A DNA stretch of 30,692 nt, from positions 1 to 30,692 of the IMG/VR virus record IMGVR_UViG_3300020472_000114. One strand, given 5' to 3'. Positions 18,801 through 26,473 of the stretch are shown in pieces. This stretch comes from a virus. Its lineage: Duplodnaviria; Caudoviricetes. Position 1 is the stretch's first letter. Every line of letters starts with the position of its first letter. Both the position numbers and the translations under genes were made by a program. Under the pieces are notes generated by a model. It was not told the origin of the DNA, did no database searches, and saw nothing but the letters and a program-made list of their open reading frames with translations.

Positions 18801-18876
18801 ACAGCGTTCAGGAACTGATATATCAAGTAATGATCCTAGACTTGATATTCCAAACACACCCGATAATTTAATCTAA
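12835..18876 (+). CDS. Large virion structural protein with multiple PA14-like beta-sandwich domains (2013 aa)
   Basis: About five repeats of W..(V/I).FP..G.Y.F....D....L.(V/I)DG..G.H.I.V. Terminal segments GGFGYQYPP.V and DPGLGFTKYPTI resemble cyanophage baseplate-associated repeats. It also has an internal duplication and Pro-rich linkers. Confidence 0.7.
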   Translation: MADTKSKFNIFGAITKNDIKVGYISTDRGYVQLVDLCEANRYAKYNPDTTFIFENRDKVLYLDINEVNELEPSILLPDATAANGGCGGLQLESPCNNKTVANFYGGGGVGVVGNPVIGTDGAVLAVDLVHGGFGYQYPPIVEVKNGCDIGDGSQFESVISDDGYTINTLKYYDECGGIEENLQLCDETPVEKAGWGRMFNQAGLDIGPWDPSKYTDNILANPIDLEMEAYKKSLAEFKNPFWTSREPIGLKITSNDKITTLKYDVYHWAWGAKAGINPKGEIDNLYIKLLGRRGEPSGLEYWENDKVYGTSLEKLEVGFKLQPEWKQVCEGECKPVMPDVTYLSGSYWEYDKNNFMNKYAISPLPMSNVLGGDGQGEMYSMVWDIDFPRDGHYTFIVQCDNEGTLFVDGEKQSDYNIGAGGAAGNILSPPSKTMVKMNKGIHPVRFDLVNLVSKKRVLKSADDGSNSQGQGAGTDNVDFKAAISTWHGATASIEELDIYHEKKFGPESPPPKDFNRKVEYDRIYDVVLTSNTFRTASITGGSEITVVGLSREGNKRYASPTRLEFDDNSGNGWDTNSSFTIDNVTGGTAKFNLNGDKIDFKSSGDSGVKVTLTYAWRDDPNVSGKALYQIKIGNSGFKWVQYDQRGGSQTHTITLGGVSQLGGDESGNVKLRTKGERVLQMEDIPHVPVEDQKVLFDDIILTASQGKFFDINGNKAKYTLPAPLPPDRGTEDLEIFDTLSFIDNGSRKLWKTKNLSPQQRKDSGRNFKNRYGITPFNPTIEHDANYPGVHTIVWTNVKFPITAEYDITIAVDDNVRLKIGDQVTIQKDGFAIRGDSKTYTGTTVYKKKVKEGTYTLTAELEQIPGGKYGMDANAMALAIDIRALGNIETEIEKKSWNQNPFAVALAIEAPPPLPPIREIPDAGDGGCPENPIWSTMTPGSSMSWYPADNKSWSPFTNKYALSPVAPLDIPGSDGVGIVYKNSWKMTAPYAGYYTLKGTVEDVGKLIVNGTEITALSSPTEKCKKIPSTKVYLSEGVHSIEVEVENKKDYETPKFFIDQKIFNTQDWQNEISRASGRIKDIDFKITTSTYHGATASIEALGIYLEKQFGPEYVAPKSFTRSVEYGRIYDVILTSNTFRSLTSGSGEITYVGMRLPENKRRSSDTRLEFDDNPKNGFDVNGSFTIDNVNGGTAKFNQSGDNIDITGKNVEVTLTYTWNDNPDIAGKALDQIQIAGTTWTQSTENDSNGDLKWIKPDGTLSSTDGKQNPWVPVGPDILNGIYVYPSSTEALTDKWHIGDWYINITTPGVYTIEARADDRCKASWDDVVLFGSTKTRTVTIDNVTAGIHKLSAGVWNKSKYGSSFSKNPGALRWWLRDSNGTVIANSRDPFNDKSLPRRLNQGSETHTITLGVSTDLGDDMTFASGSNPEGIKLRTKGDKVLQMEDIPHVPLEDQKILFDDVIMSVSEGKFFGINGNKAKYVLPELHNTKLDRGGVTYKGPALYNYKFKGYGKFLNKNGVTPDYPKFGGGELVNYEWSNVDFPKEAEYDFHFSHDAHGSVYLDGKEVIKGDFDTVEGVSAQDSANWNPGIKRKIKISKGKHTITVAPSDGRIGQTQGWADGLFKKISDDYYRGQQAFDNNPSAMALGITIKTETVPAFGSKEEILQRGKSWKDNPTAISAIMVPPPCPQKIKGKGVVVDVIVDDPGGPYPTPEERPEVSYPITLRLKEVIPDPPGINYDPGDNPTVFPPYLDPPPLPPPFISTPPPGIPPTSVTITGDPPTIPRGKCSLLRYTSFGNNKLVIAPEVGDVPVVSEGTVRVCPKKTTTYCITGDGGDTACTTIVVIDGGDDDPPLTPSTSDEIIVDPPNGAKLTPVFGPHGSVVAVKIDDPGLGFTKYPTISMPSKTGVGVVFKPQFEIIRDPLGVPPDKLIQVTDLVGLKQTGYVDGRAYYGSVFFDNDIKYAGMYETIGQKIRVYDTLKDSIDSMDRTDPSAIQRSGTDISSNDPRLDIPNTPDNLI

Positions 18877-18877
18877 C

Positions 18878-19501
18878 ATGTCAGGACAAGGTAACAAAGG
18901 TAAAAATAATAAACGGGGTGGTAGTGCCAAGCAGAATTATACTACTATAAAATATGGTAACAACCAAGGATCAATTGCCTTTGGGCAGATCCATAAGCAA
19001 GGAGATGTAACATCTTCTGTCATGCTTGAGACCCCAGATGGTGAACATCAATTATCTCTTGATCTAGATGGTCAAAGAACAGGATGGACTTGTTCTAGTA
19101 GTCCTGGTAATTTTCAGGTAGAGTGTGGTTCTGCTAATAAAGAAGCAGAAGATAGTATGGTTTTAAATGCTAAGAATGGTAATATCATTTTATTAGCTAC
19201 CAATGGTAAGATTAGAATGCAAGCAACTGATATTGAGTTAGTTGCAGTAGGTGAAGGTGGTGCTAAGGGTAGTATTAAAATGAATGCTACAGAATCTATA
19301 GTAACTGAATCTAAAAAGTTTTTGGTAACTGCTAAATCATTTTATAGGATTGCTTCTCCACAAACAGGTGAGGTTGTTGCAAATGGGGTCTTGAAGTTAT
19401 ATGGATCTATTATTCGTGGAGTTACTGATGCTGTTGCTGTAAAAGATTCTAAGGTAGGTGGTCAAAGATTTCAAAAACAAATGAATCCAGAGGAGGTTTA
19501 A
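18878..19501 (+). CDS. Probable gp5-C-like beta-helical spike protein
   Basis: Short alternating beta-strand repeats (LNAKNGNIILLATNGKIRMQATDIELVA..GSIKMNATESI) resemble the gp5/gpV spike C-terminus. Confidence 0.5.
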   Translation: MSGQGNKGKNNKRGGSAKQNYTTIKYGNNQGSIAFGQIHKQGDVTSSVMLETPDGEHQLSLDLDGQRTGWTCSSSPGNFQVECGSANKEAEDSMVLNAKNGNIILLATNGKIRMQATDIELVAVGEGGAKGSIKMNATESIVTESKKFLVTAKSFYRIASPQTGEVVANGVLKLYGSIIRGVTDAVAVKDSKVGGQRFQKQMNPEEV

Positions 19502-19502
19502 C

Positions 19503-20291
19503 ATGTCATACAATGTAGATGATATTAATGTAGGAGGTCAATTAAAAGTTGGCACGGGTATTGATGTAGCTCCTATACAAGAAGGAGATGAGAAAATTAA
19601 TGGATCGATGTTTGCTGAAGGGCCTGTAGTCTTTGGTAAACCTGATTCTTTCCGTGAGATAGAGGGAACTTTGATGGTTGGTCCTATTGGTAATGATGAT
19701 CCTAATATGCCAGAAGATACTGTTCCTTATAAGACAGTACTTGGTCTTTCTGGTGCCAGACAGCAAGCAATCTATTCTAAAGGAAATTGCTATGTAGAAG
19801 GAGATTTATTTGTTACTGGATCTGTTGATTGCTTTTCATCAGGTAGGTTAGAAGCAAGACATAGAGCAGCAGATGCTTCTCCTAAGAAGTTTGATATGGA
19901 GCATCCTTCTAAGGGTGAAGGTCATCGTCTTTCCCATGCATGTATTGAAGGACCAGAGGTGGGAGTTTACTATAGAGGTAGACTTAAGAACAGTAATGTG
20001 ATAGAGTTACCTACATACTGGAAGGATTTAGTACATGCTGACAGTATCTCTGTTCAACTTCAACCTATCGGTGCTCATCAGGACATCATCATAAAGAGAT
20101 GGGATGATGAGCAAGTACATCTACAGTCAAGAGGCCCTATTCCTATTGATTGTTTCTATCACGTTTATGCTGAAAGAAAGGATGTAAATGCATTGGTTGT
20201 AGAATATGAAGGGAATGATTGGGATGATTATCCTGATAAAGATAATCATGATCCTAAATATGCAGAGGTGATCAACACTAGGACTCGTTAA
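19503..20291 (+). CDS. Structural protein with conserved fibre C-terminal-type domain (KxFxxxHP..RLxHxCIEGPE.GVYYRG)
   Basis: Beta-rich N-terminal half (SKGNCYVEGDLFVTGSVD) followed by a motif recognised from the ends of phage fibre/spike proteins. Function uncertain. Confidence 0.5.
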   Translation: MSYNVDDINVGGQLKVGTGIDVAPIQEGDEKINGSMFAEGPVVFGKPDSFREIEGTLMVGPIGNDDPNMPEDTVPYKTVLGLSGARQQAIYSKGNCYVEGDLFVTGSVDCFSSGRLEARHRAADASPKKFDMEHPSKGEGHRLSHACIEGPEVGVYYRGRLKNSNVIELPTYWKDLVHADSISVQLQPIGAHQDIIIKRWDDEQVHLQSRGPIPIDCFYHVYAERKDVNALVVEYEGNDWDDYPDKDNHDPKYAEVINTRTR

Positions 20292-20292
20292 A

Positions 20293-20475
20293 ATGATTGA
20301 TGAATACCTTACAAGGTGCGTAGTAGATACATTAAGAAGAACAATTACAATTTATTCTTCGGAAGGAGATAAGAATATTGTTACTTGCGATACCGTAGAT
20401 GAATTTATGAATGTCTTGAATATGGTACGTTCTACCTGTCCTGAAGACGTTTTAGTCTACTCGGATCCACTGTGA
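20293..20475 (+). CDS. Small hypothetical protein (60 aa)
   Basis: Starts 1 nt after the upstream stop on the operon strand and has a plausible globular composition. Confidence 0.7.
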   Translation: MIDEYLTRCVVDTLRRTITIYSSEGDKNIVTCDTVDEFMNVLNMVRSTCPEDVLVYSDPL

Positions 20476-20501
20476 GGAAAAACAGCTTTTAGTTCCAAAA
20501 A

Positions 20502-20539
20502 TAGCGGGAAAAAAATCTCCAGGTTTTTTTCCCCCGTTA
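20502..20539. other. Long imperfect inverted repeat (hairpin; possible terminator or cis element)
   Basis: TAGC-GGG-A7-TC / loop TCCA / GG-T7-CCC-(CC bulge)-GTTA, in the longest intergenic gap of the window. Confidence 0.65.
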
Positions 20540-20565
20540 GTCTTGGCAAGAGTTTTTCTGTTATG

Positions 20566-20572
20566 CTAAATA
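20566..20572 (+). promoter_or_regulatory. Putative late promoter (CTAAATA)
   Basis: Intergenic, about 31 nt before ATG 20604, similar spacing to the gp26 and gp4 sites. Confidence 0.65.
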
Positions 20573-20603
20573 ATCCATAACAAGAACTATAAGTACGAAT
20601 ACA

Positions 20604-23600
20604 ATGGGTCTTTCCAGGTTAGATAATTTTCTAAAGTCAGCGAGAGGGACGATTCTCTATGTTAACCCTAATGATTTAGATGCCACTGATAGTGTGGAAA
20701 ATCAGGGAAACTCATTAACACGTCCTTTTAAAACTATTCAACGTGCGTTAATAGAGTCTGCTAGATTTTCCTATCAGAAGGGTTTAGAAAATGATCGTTT
20801 CGCAAAAACGACTATATTAATATATCCAGGTGAACATACTGTAGATAATAGGCCTGGTTATATACCAATTGCTGCTAATCAGTATCGGCTAAGAAATGGA
20901 TCAACAACAAATAATTTACCTCCATTTGATTTAACATCAAATTTTGACCTTTCTACATCTGACAACGAATTATATAAACTTAATAGTATTCATGGTGGTG
21001 TAATTGTTCCAAGGGGAACATCACTCGTTGGATTAGATTTAAGAAAGACGAAGATAAGACCAAGATATGTCCCAAATCCAACAAATGATGAAATAGAGAG
21101 ATCTGCTCTATTCAGAGTTACTGGTGGTTGCTATTTCTGGCAATTTTCAATGTTTGATGCTGATCCTAATGGTCAGTGTTTCAAGGATTATAGTGAAAAC
21201 CTCTTTGTTCCCAATTTTTCACACCATAAGTTAACTTGCTTTGAATATGCAGATGGTGTTAATGATGTAAAAATCAATGATGCTTATATTAGTGGTACTG
21301 ATGGAGAATTTGATAGAACAGACCTTCAAATGTATTATGAGAAGGTTGGTCTAGTTTATGGTACTTCCTCTGGTCGTGCTATTGAACCAGATTATCCAAG
21401 TGCTGCTATTGATATTCAACCAAAAATTGATGAATATCGTATAGTTGGTTCTCAAGGGAAAACTGTTGGTATTTCTAGCATTTATTCTGGTGATAGTGTA
21501 ATTTCAAATACTACTATTACTGTTACTACTAGTAGTCCTGTTCCTGAGCTACAAGTAGATACTCCATTTAGCATTAAGGATGTTGGGGTAGATGAATATA
21601 ATGGTCAATTTGTTGTATCTGAGGTTATTAATACTAGTAAGATTGTCTATCAGGTACAGAATAGTCCAATTGTTGCAAATCCAAGTTCTGCAGGGTCTGA
21701 ATTAAGTTTAACTGCAAATACTGTTACATCTGCATCTCCATATATCTTCAATGTATCTTTAAGATCTGTATTTGGTGCATGTGGACTTCTTGCTGATGGT
21801 AAGAAAGCAACTGGATTTAAGTCTATGGTTGTTGCTCAATTTACTGGAATAGGTCTACAAAAAGATGATAATGCGTTTGTATTGTATAACGCAACAAATG
21901 GAGAATATGATGATAGTACAGCAGTAACTTCTGTTTTAAGTAATAATTCAAAAGCAATTTATAAACCATCTTATAGAAACTTTCATATTAGGGTAACTAA
22001 TGATGCCTTTATTCAGGCGGTTTCTATATTTGCGATTGGTTATGCAGAGCATTTCTCTTCCCAGAATGGTGCTGATATAAGTCTTACAAACTCTAACTCA
22101 AACTTTGGTGCTAAGTCATTATCTTCTAAAGGATTTAAGCAAGATGCATTTACACAGGATGATAAGGGTTATATTACTCACATTATTCCACCAAAACAGT
22201 TACCACTTTCTGAAGTATCTGTTGAAGTCGAATCAATAGATGTTCAAAAAACTGCTGTTGGTGTTGCATCTACAGGAAGTCTTTACTTATATGGTAAGAC
22301 AAACCCAGATACCCCACCTCAAAATGTTATTGAAGGATATAGAGTTGGTGCAAAGAAAGATGATCAACTTAAGGTTCTAATTTCTGATGCTGGTACAGTA
22401 ACAGAGAAGAAAGCAAGAATTGTTATGGCTGGATCTCAGACTAGTTCTGAGAAAACATTTGATGTTGCTAGAAGTGCAACAGGAAATACAATTACTAATA
22501 ATGTAATTCGTTTAGATGCTGCTCATGACTTTATAAACGGAGAATCCGTTAGAGTTATTAGTAGTAATGGACATCTTCCTGATGGTCTAGATGCGAATAC
22601 TTTATACTATGTAATTACAACTGGTAGTGGTATCAATACAAATACTGATGTTAAATTATCCAAGACATTAAGTGATGCATTAATCACAACTGCTGGTCAA
22701 GAATTAACAATCAATAATCGTGGTGGTTCTCTGAAGGTTATAAGTAGAGTATCTGATAAGAACTCTGGTGAACTAGGACACCCAATTCAGTATGATAATA
22801 CAAATAGTCAGTGGTATGTAAACGTTTCTAAGACTTTAAGTGAGAATACTCTTTATCCAAGTCTTGTAAGTTTAGGAACTACTGTTCTTGGTAGTGCAAC
22901 TCCTAGAACCTTTATTACTAGAGTACCTGATAGTAGAAATGGTGATGATACCATTTATCGTGCAAGGTATGTAATTCCGAAGGATGCAGGAACTGCAAGG
23001 CCTCCAAGTGATGGATTTATTATTCAGGAATCAAACACTGGTATTGGAGCAACTGATGCAGAAGTTCAAGCATATTTTGGATCAGGAACTCTTACTAATG
23101 AAAATCAATTAAGGAACTTTAGAATTGTTGCTGATGCAAGTTGGAGTGGAACTGATGTTTCTGTTCAAACTGAATTGCCACATAATTTAACTGTTGGTTC
23201 TGAAGTTCAACTTGTTAATGTTAAGAGTACAACTAACACAACTGGTGTTGACAATTCTGGATTTAATAGAACATTTGCTGTTACTGGTATTAGTAGTGCA
23301 AAGAACTTTACTGTAGGTTTAACTACTGATCCAGGTACATTTACAAGTGATGTTACCTCAAGAACAGTATCACTACCATACTTTAAGAGAAAGAGATTTA
23401 ATGATACTTATTATATCCAAGGAAGTCATGAAGCCCAGAAATTTATTGCAGGAAGTCAGGATGGTATCTATTACTTAACAGTAGTAAATGCTTCAAACTC
23501 TCCTACAATAACTGAGTTTGCTGGAGATAAGTATTCACAACCTATTAAGGAATTATTCCCACAGACAAATAGGGATAATCCAGTATCTGACCCCGAAGAG

Positions 23601-26471
23601 ACAACTTCTTTTGCCGTTCCTAATGTAATTGGTAAGGTTGTCGTTAATGATGTTCAGAAAAGTGTAACAAAAGAAACTCTTACCAAATTTAATAGAGATG
23701 TTGATACAGGTATTACACTTAGTAACATTGTTTCTAGTACTACAGGTATTGCACATACACTTCATTCAAGTTTTGATCATGGTTTAAATAAGGCAACTCT
23801 TGTAAGTATTGCTAATAGTGGAGCTGGATATGGTATCGGATCTGCTGTCGAAGAAACATATTACAATGCTAATTTAGTTTCTATAGGTGCTTCTGTAACT
23901 GGTGTTAATGCTACTGCAAAAGTTACCGTTGCTCCAACAGGTGGAATTACTGCTATCGAATTGATGGATGGTGGTAGTTCATTTAATGTTGGAAATACAT
24001 TAGCAGTTGTTGGTATTGCAACTACAACTGGTTACAGTCAATCAACTGTTACTGTAAGTAAGGTATATGATAATATTGGTGATTCTATTAGAGTTGTTGG
24101 TGTATCCTCTGCAACCTATGCTGGATATAATTCAACATATAGAGTTACTGGTGTTGGTACAGAAGGTAAAGAGATCTATGTGACATCTACATCTGCTATT
24201 AGTGGAGTTTCTACTACTGGTATTGGAGTAACAGCAGTCTCAGGATCATACTCATACTTAACAGGTGAGGCATTACGAGTCAGTTCAATTGTTTATAACA
24301 ATGTCGTTGGTCTTGCAACAGTTACAACAGTAAATGTTCATGGTTTAAAAGTTGATAATGTAGTTGAATTTGTAGGTGCAGATCAAGCACTATACAATAA
24401 TTCATTTGTTGTATCTGAGAATGTAGGATTATCTACTTTCATTGTTAATATTGGTGTTAATGCTACTGCACCATCTACATCAGGAACAATTTATGCATAT
24501 CATGATGGTTATACATCTAATGGTGGATTAATCACTGTTGATGATGAAAACTTAAATGGTCGTATGATTCCATCTTATGCTGGAATTACAACCACATTGG
24601 CAGCTGCTGTTACAAACACAACAACAGAAACTATAGCAGTTAATGGTAGATCTAGTCTTGATATAAGGAATGGTGATTACTTTACAGTTGATGATGAGAT
24701 TGTAAGAGTTAAGACTGCACCATCAGGAGTAGGTGATTCTGTAAGTGTATTCCGTGGAGTATTGGGTTCTAAGAGAGCAACTCACATTGATGGTTCTCTA
24801 GTAAGAAGAGTCTTTATCAATCCAATTGAACTTAGAAGACACTCTATTATCCGTGCATCTGGTCATACCTTTGAATATGTTGGATATGGTCCAGGTAACT
24901 ACTCAACTGCACTTCCTGATAAGCACGATAGAGAATTAACTAATGAAGAGGAACTATTAGCACAGTCAATCCGTAAGGATGGTGGTGTTAACTTCTATAC
25001 TGGTATGAATGCCAAGGGTATATCATTCACTGGTAATAAGAAGTCAAGTAGCATCACAGGAAAAGAAGAGATATTTGATACTCCAGTACAGACAGTGACT
25101 GGTGAGGATATTGGAACTCTTGCAGATTTAAATGTAAATTGGGCAACTGAAGGAGTATTCTCAAGATCAATTAGAGTTGAGGGTGGTCCTGATAACAAGG
25201 TAGCAACTGAGTTTAATGGTCCAATTATTGTTAACAATAAGTTGACAGTTAATTCTAGTGAAGGATTTGAGGCTAACTCACTATTCTTACAAGGTGATAA
25301 GACTGTATCTAGAAAGTACACTCTTTCTGGATCAACTCCTGTTCTTGCAGGTAATCCTGGTGATATTACATACTTCTCTGATCCTTCTCAAGGTGGATAT
25401 GCTGGATGGATCTATAGTGTAGATAATGAGTGGAGAAGATTTGGTAATGTAGGTCTTACTAATGATTCAAATGTAAATGTATTTGATCAAGTAGGAATTG
25501 GAACTACAACTCCTGGCACAAATACACTTCAAGTAGGTGCTGGAACATCTCTTATTGCTGTAAGTGGTTCTGGTGATGTTGGTATTGGAGTCACTAATAA
25601 TGGATATAAATTTAATGTAACTGGTGATTCTAATATTACTGGTATATTAACTGCAACTAAATTTGTTGGTGATGGTTCTGGTCTAACTGGAATAAATGCA
25701 GCAGCAACTGGATGGACTAACACTGTTGGTTATGGAGCATCTATATCATATAATACCAATATTACTAATAACGGCCGAGTTGGTATAGGAAGTACAATTC
25801 CTAGTTTCCTTCTTGAGGTTGGTACTGTAGGAACAGGTGATACCACATTAAACGTAAATGGTCATGCAAGATTTGTAGATCAGATTGATGCTAATAGTGT
25901 AAATATTACTGGTATTCTCACATCAGTAAATTATAACTTACAAAGTGCATCTGGTAAGATAACAGTTGGTGTTGTTACTACAACTGATCTTAAGATTGGC
26001 TCGGGATCAACTATTCTAGCAACATCTGCTGGTGGAATAGGTATTGGAACTCTATCAGCAAGAGCTAATTTGGATGTTGAAGGTCATACAAGACTTAAGA
26101 CTTATTCTGAGAATGTAGGAACACTTTCAATTGCTGCAGGAGTAGCAATAGTTGATTTGAGTTCTGCACAGACATTCAATCATACTTTAACTGCTAATAT
26201 TAGTAGTTTCAAGGTAACAAATGCTCCTTCTGCATCTTCATCATTTATTGTTAAATTTACTCAGGACGCAACTGGAGGTAGAACAGTTGGTATAGATACT
26301 TTTGTGGATGGTTCATCAACAACTGTACCTGTATCTTGGCCTGGAGGAATAGCACCTATTGTTACATCTACACCATCTAGAACTGATATTATATCATTTA
26401 AGATTATAGACGGTGCTAATTTAAGTACAAGTGGATTATTTGGAGTTGTTACTGGTCAAAATTTTAATTAA
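20604..26471 (+). CDS. Large tail fibre / virion structural protein (1955 aa)
   Basis: The N-terminus MGLSRLDNFLK..RG.ILYVNPNDLDATDS.ENQGNSLTRPFKTIQRAL is a recognisable cyanomyovirus structural family. It has T/S/G/V-rich beta domains, VGIGTTTP fibre repeats and a C-terminal FTQDATGGRTV..WPGG..P..T...TDI domain. Confidence 0.8.
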   Translation: MGLSRLDNFLKSARGTILYVNPNDLDATDSVENQGNSLTRPFKTIQRALIESARFSYQKGLENDRFAKTTILIYPGEHTVDNRPGYIPIAANQYRLRNGSTTNNLPPFDLTSNFDLSTSDNELYKLNSIHGGVIVPRGTSLVGLDLRKTKIRPRYVPNPTNDEIERSALFRVTGGCYFWQFSMFDADPNGQCFKDYSENLFVPNFSHHKLTCFEYADGVNDVKINDAYISGTDGEFDRTDLQMYYEKVGLVYGTSSGRAIEPDYPSAAIDIQPKIDEYRIVGSQGKTVGISSIYSGDSVISNTTITVTTSSPVPELQVDTPFSIKDVGVDEYNGQFVVSEVINTSKIVYQVQNSPIVANPSSAGSELSLTANTVTSASPYIFNVSLRSVFGACGLLADGKKATGFKSMVVAQFTGIGLQKDDNAFVLYNATNGEYDDSTAVTSVLSNNSKAIYKPSYRNFHIRVTNDAFIQAVSIFAIGYAEHFSSQNGADISLTNSNSNFGAKSLSSKGFKQDAFTQDDKGYITHIIPPKQLPLSEVSVEVESIDVQKTAVGVASTGSLYLYGKTNPDTPPQNVIEGYRVGAKKDDQLKVLISDAGTVTEKKARIVMAGSQTSSEKTFDVARSATGNTITNNVIRLDAAHDFINGESVRVISSNGHLPDGLDANTLYYVITTGSGINTNTDVKLSKTLSDALITTAGQELTINNRGGSLKVISRVSDKNSGELGHPIQYDNTNSQWYVNVSKTLSENTLYPSLVSLGTTVLGSATPRTFITRVPDSRNGDDTIYRARYVIPKDAGTARPPSDGFIIQESNTGIGATDAEVQAYFGSGTLTNENQLRNFRIVADASWSGTDVSVQTELPHNLTVGSEVQLVNVKSTTNTTGVDNSGFNRTFAVTGISSAKNFTVGLTTDPGTFTSDVTSRTVSLPYFKRKRFNDTYYIQGSHEAQKFIAGSQDGIYYLTVVNASNSPTITEFAGDKYSQPIKELFPQTNRDNPVSDPEETTSFAVPNVIGKVVVNDVQKSVTKETLTKFNRDVDTGITLSNIVSSTTGIAHTLHSSFDHGLNKATLVSIANSGAGYGIGSAVEETYYNANLVSIGASVTGVNATAKVTVAPTGGITAIELMDGGSSFNVGNTLAVVGIATTTGYSQSTVTVSKVYDNIGDSIRVVGVSSATYAGYNSTYRVTGVGTEGKEIYVTSTSAISGVSTTGIGVTAVSGSYSYLTGEALRVSSIVYNNVVGLATVTTVNVHGLKVDNVVEFVGADQALYNNSFVVSENVGLSTFIVNIGVNATAPSTSGTIYAYHDGYTSNGGLITVDDENLNGRMIPSYAGITTTLAAAVTNTTTETIAVNGRSSLDIRNGDYFTVDDEIVRVKTAPSGVGDSVSVFRGVLGSKRATHIDGSLVRRVFINPIELRRHSIIRASGHTFEYVGYGPGNYSTALPDKHDRELTNEEELLAQSIRKDGGVNFYTGMNAKGISFTGNKKSSSITGKEEIFDTPVQTVTGEDIGTLADLNVNWATEGVFSRSIRVEGGPDNKVATEFNGPIIVNNKLTVNSSEGFEANSLFLQGDKTVSRKYTLSGSTPVLAGNPGDITYFSDPSQGGYAGWIYSVDNEWRRFGNVGLTNDSNVNVFDQVGIGTTTPGTNTLQVGAGTSLIAVSGSGDVGIGVTNNGYKFNVTGDSNITGILTATKFVGDGSGLTGINAAATGWTNTVGYGASISYNTNITNNGRVGIGSTIPSFLLEVGTVGTGDTTLNVNGHARFVDQIDANSVNITGILTSVNYNLQSASGKITVGVVTTTDLKIGSGSTILATSAGGIGIGTLSARANLDVEGHTRLKTYSENVGTLSIAAGVAIVDLSSAQTFNHTLTANISSFKVTNAPSASSSFIVKFTQDATGGRTVGIDTFVDGSSTTVPVSWPGGIAPIVTSTPSRTDIISFKIIDGANLSTSGLFGVVTGQNFN

Positions 26472-26473
26472 TA

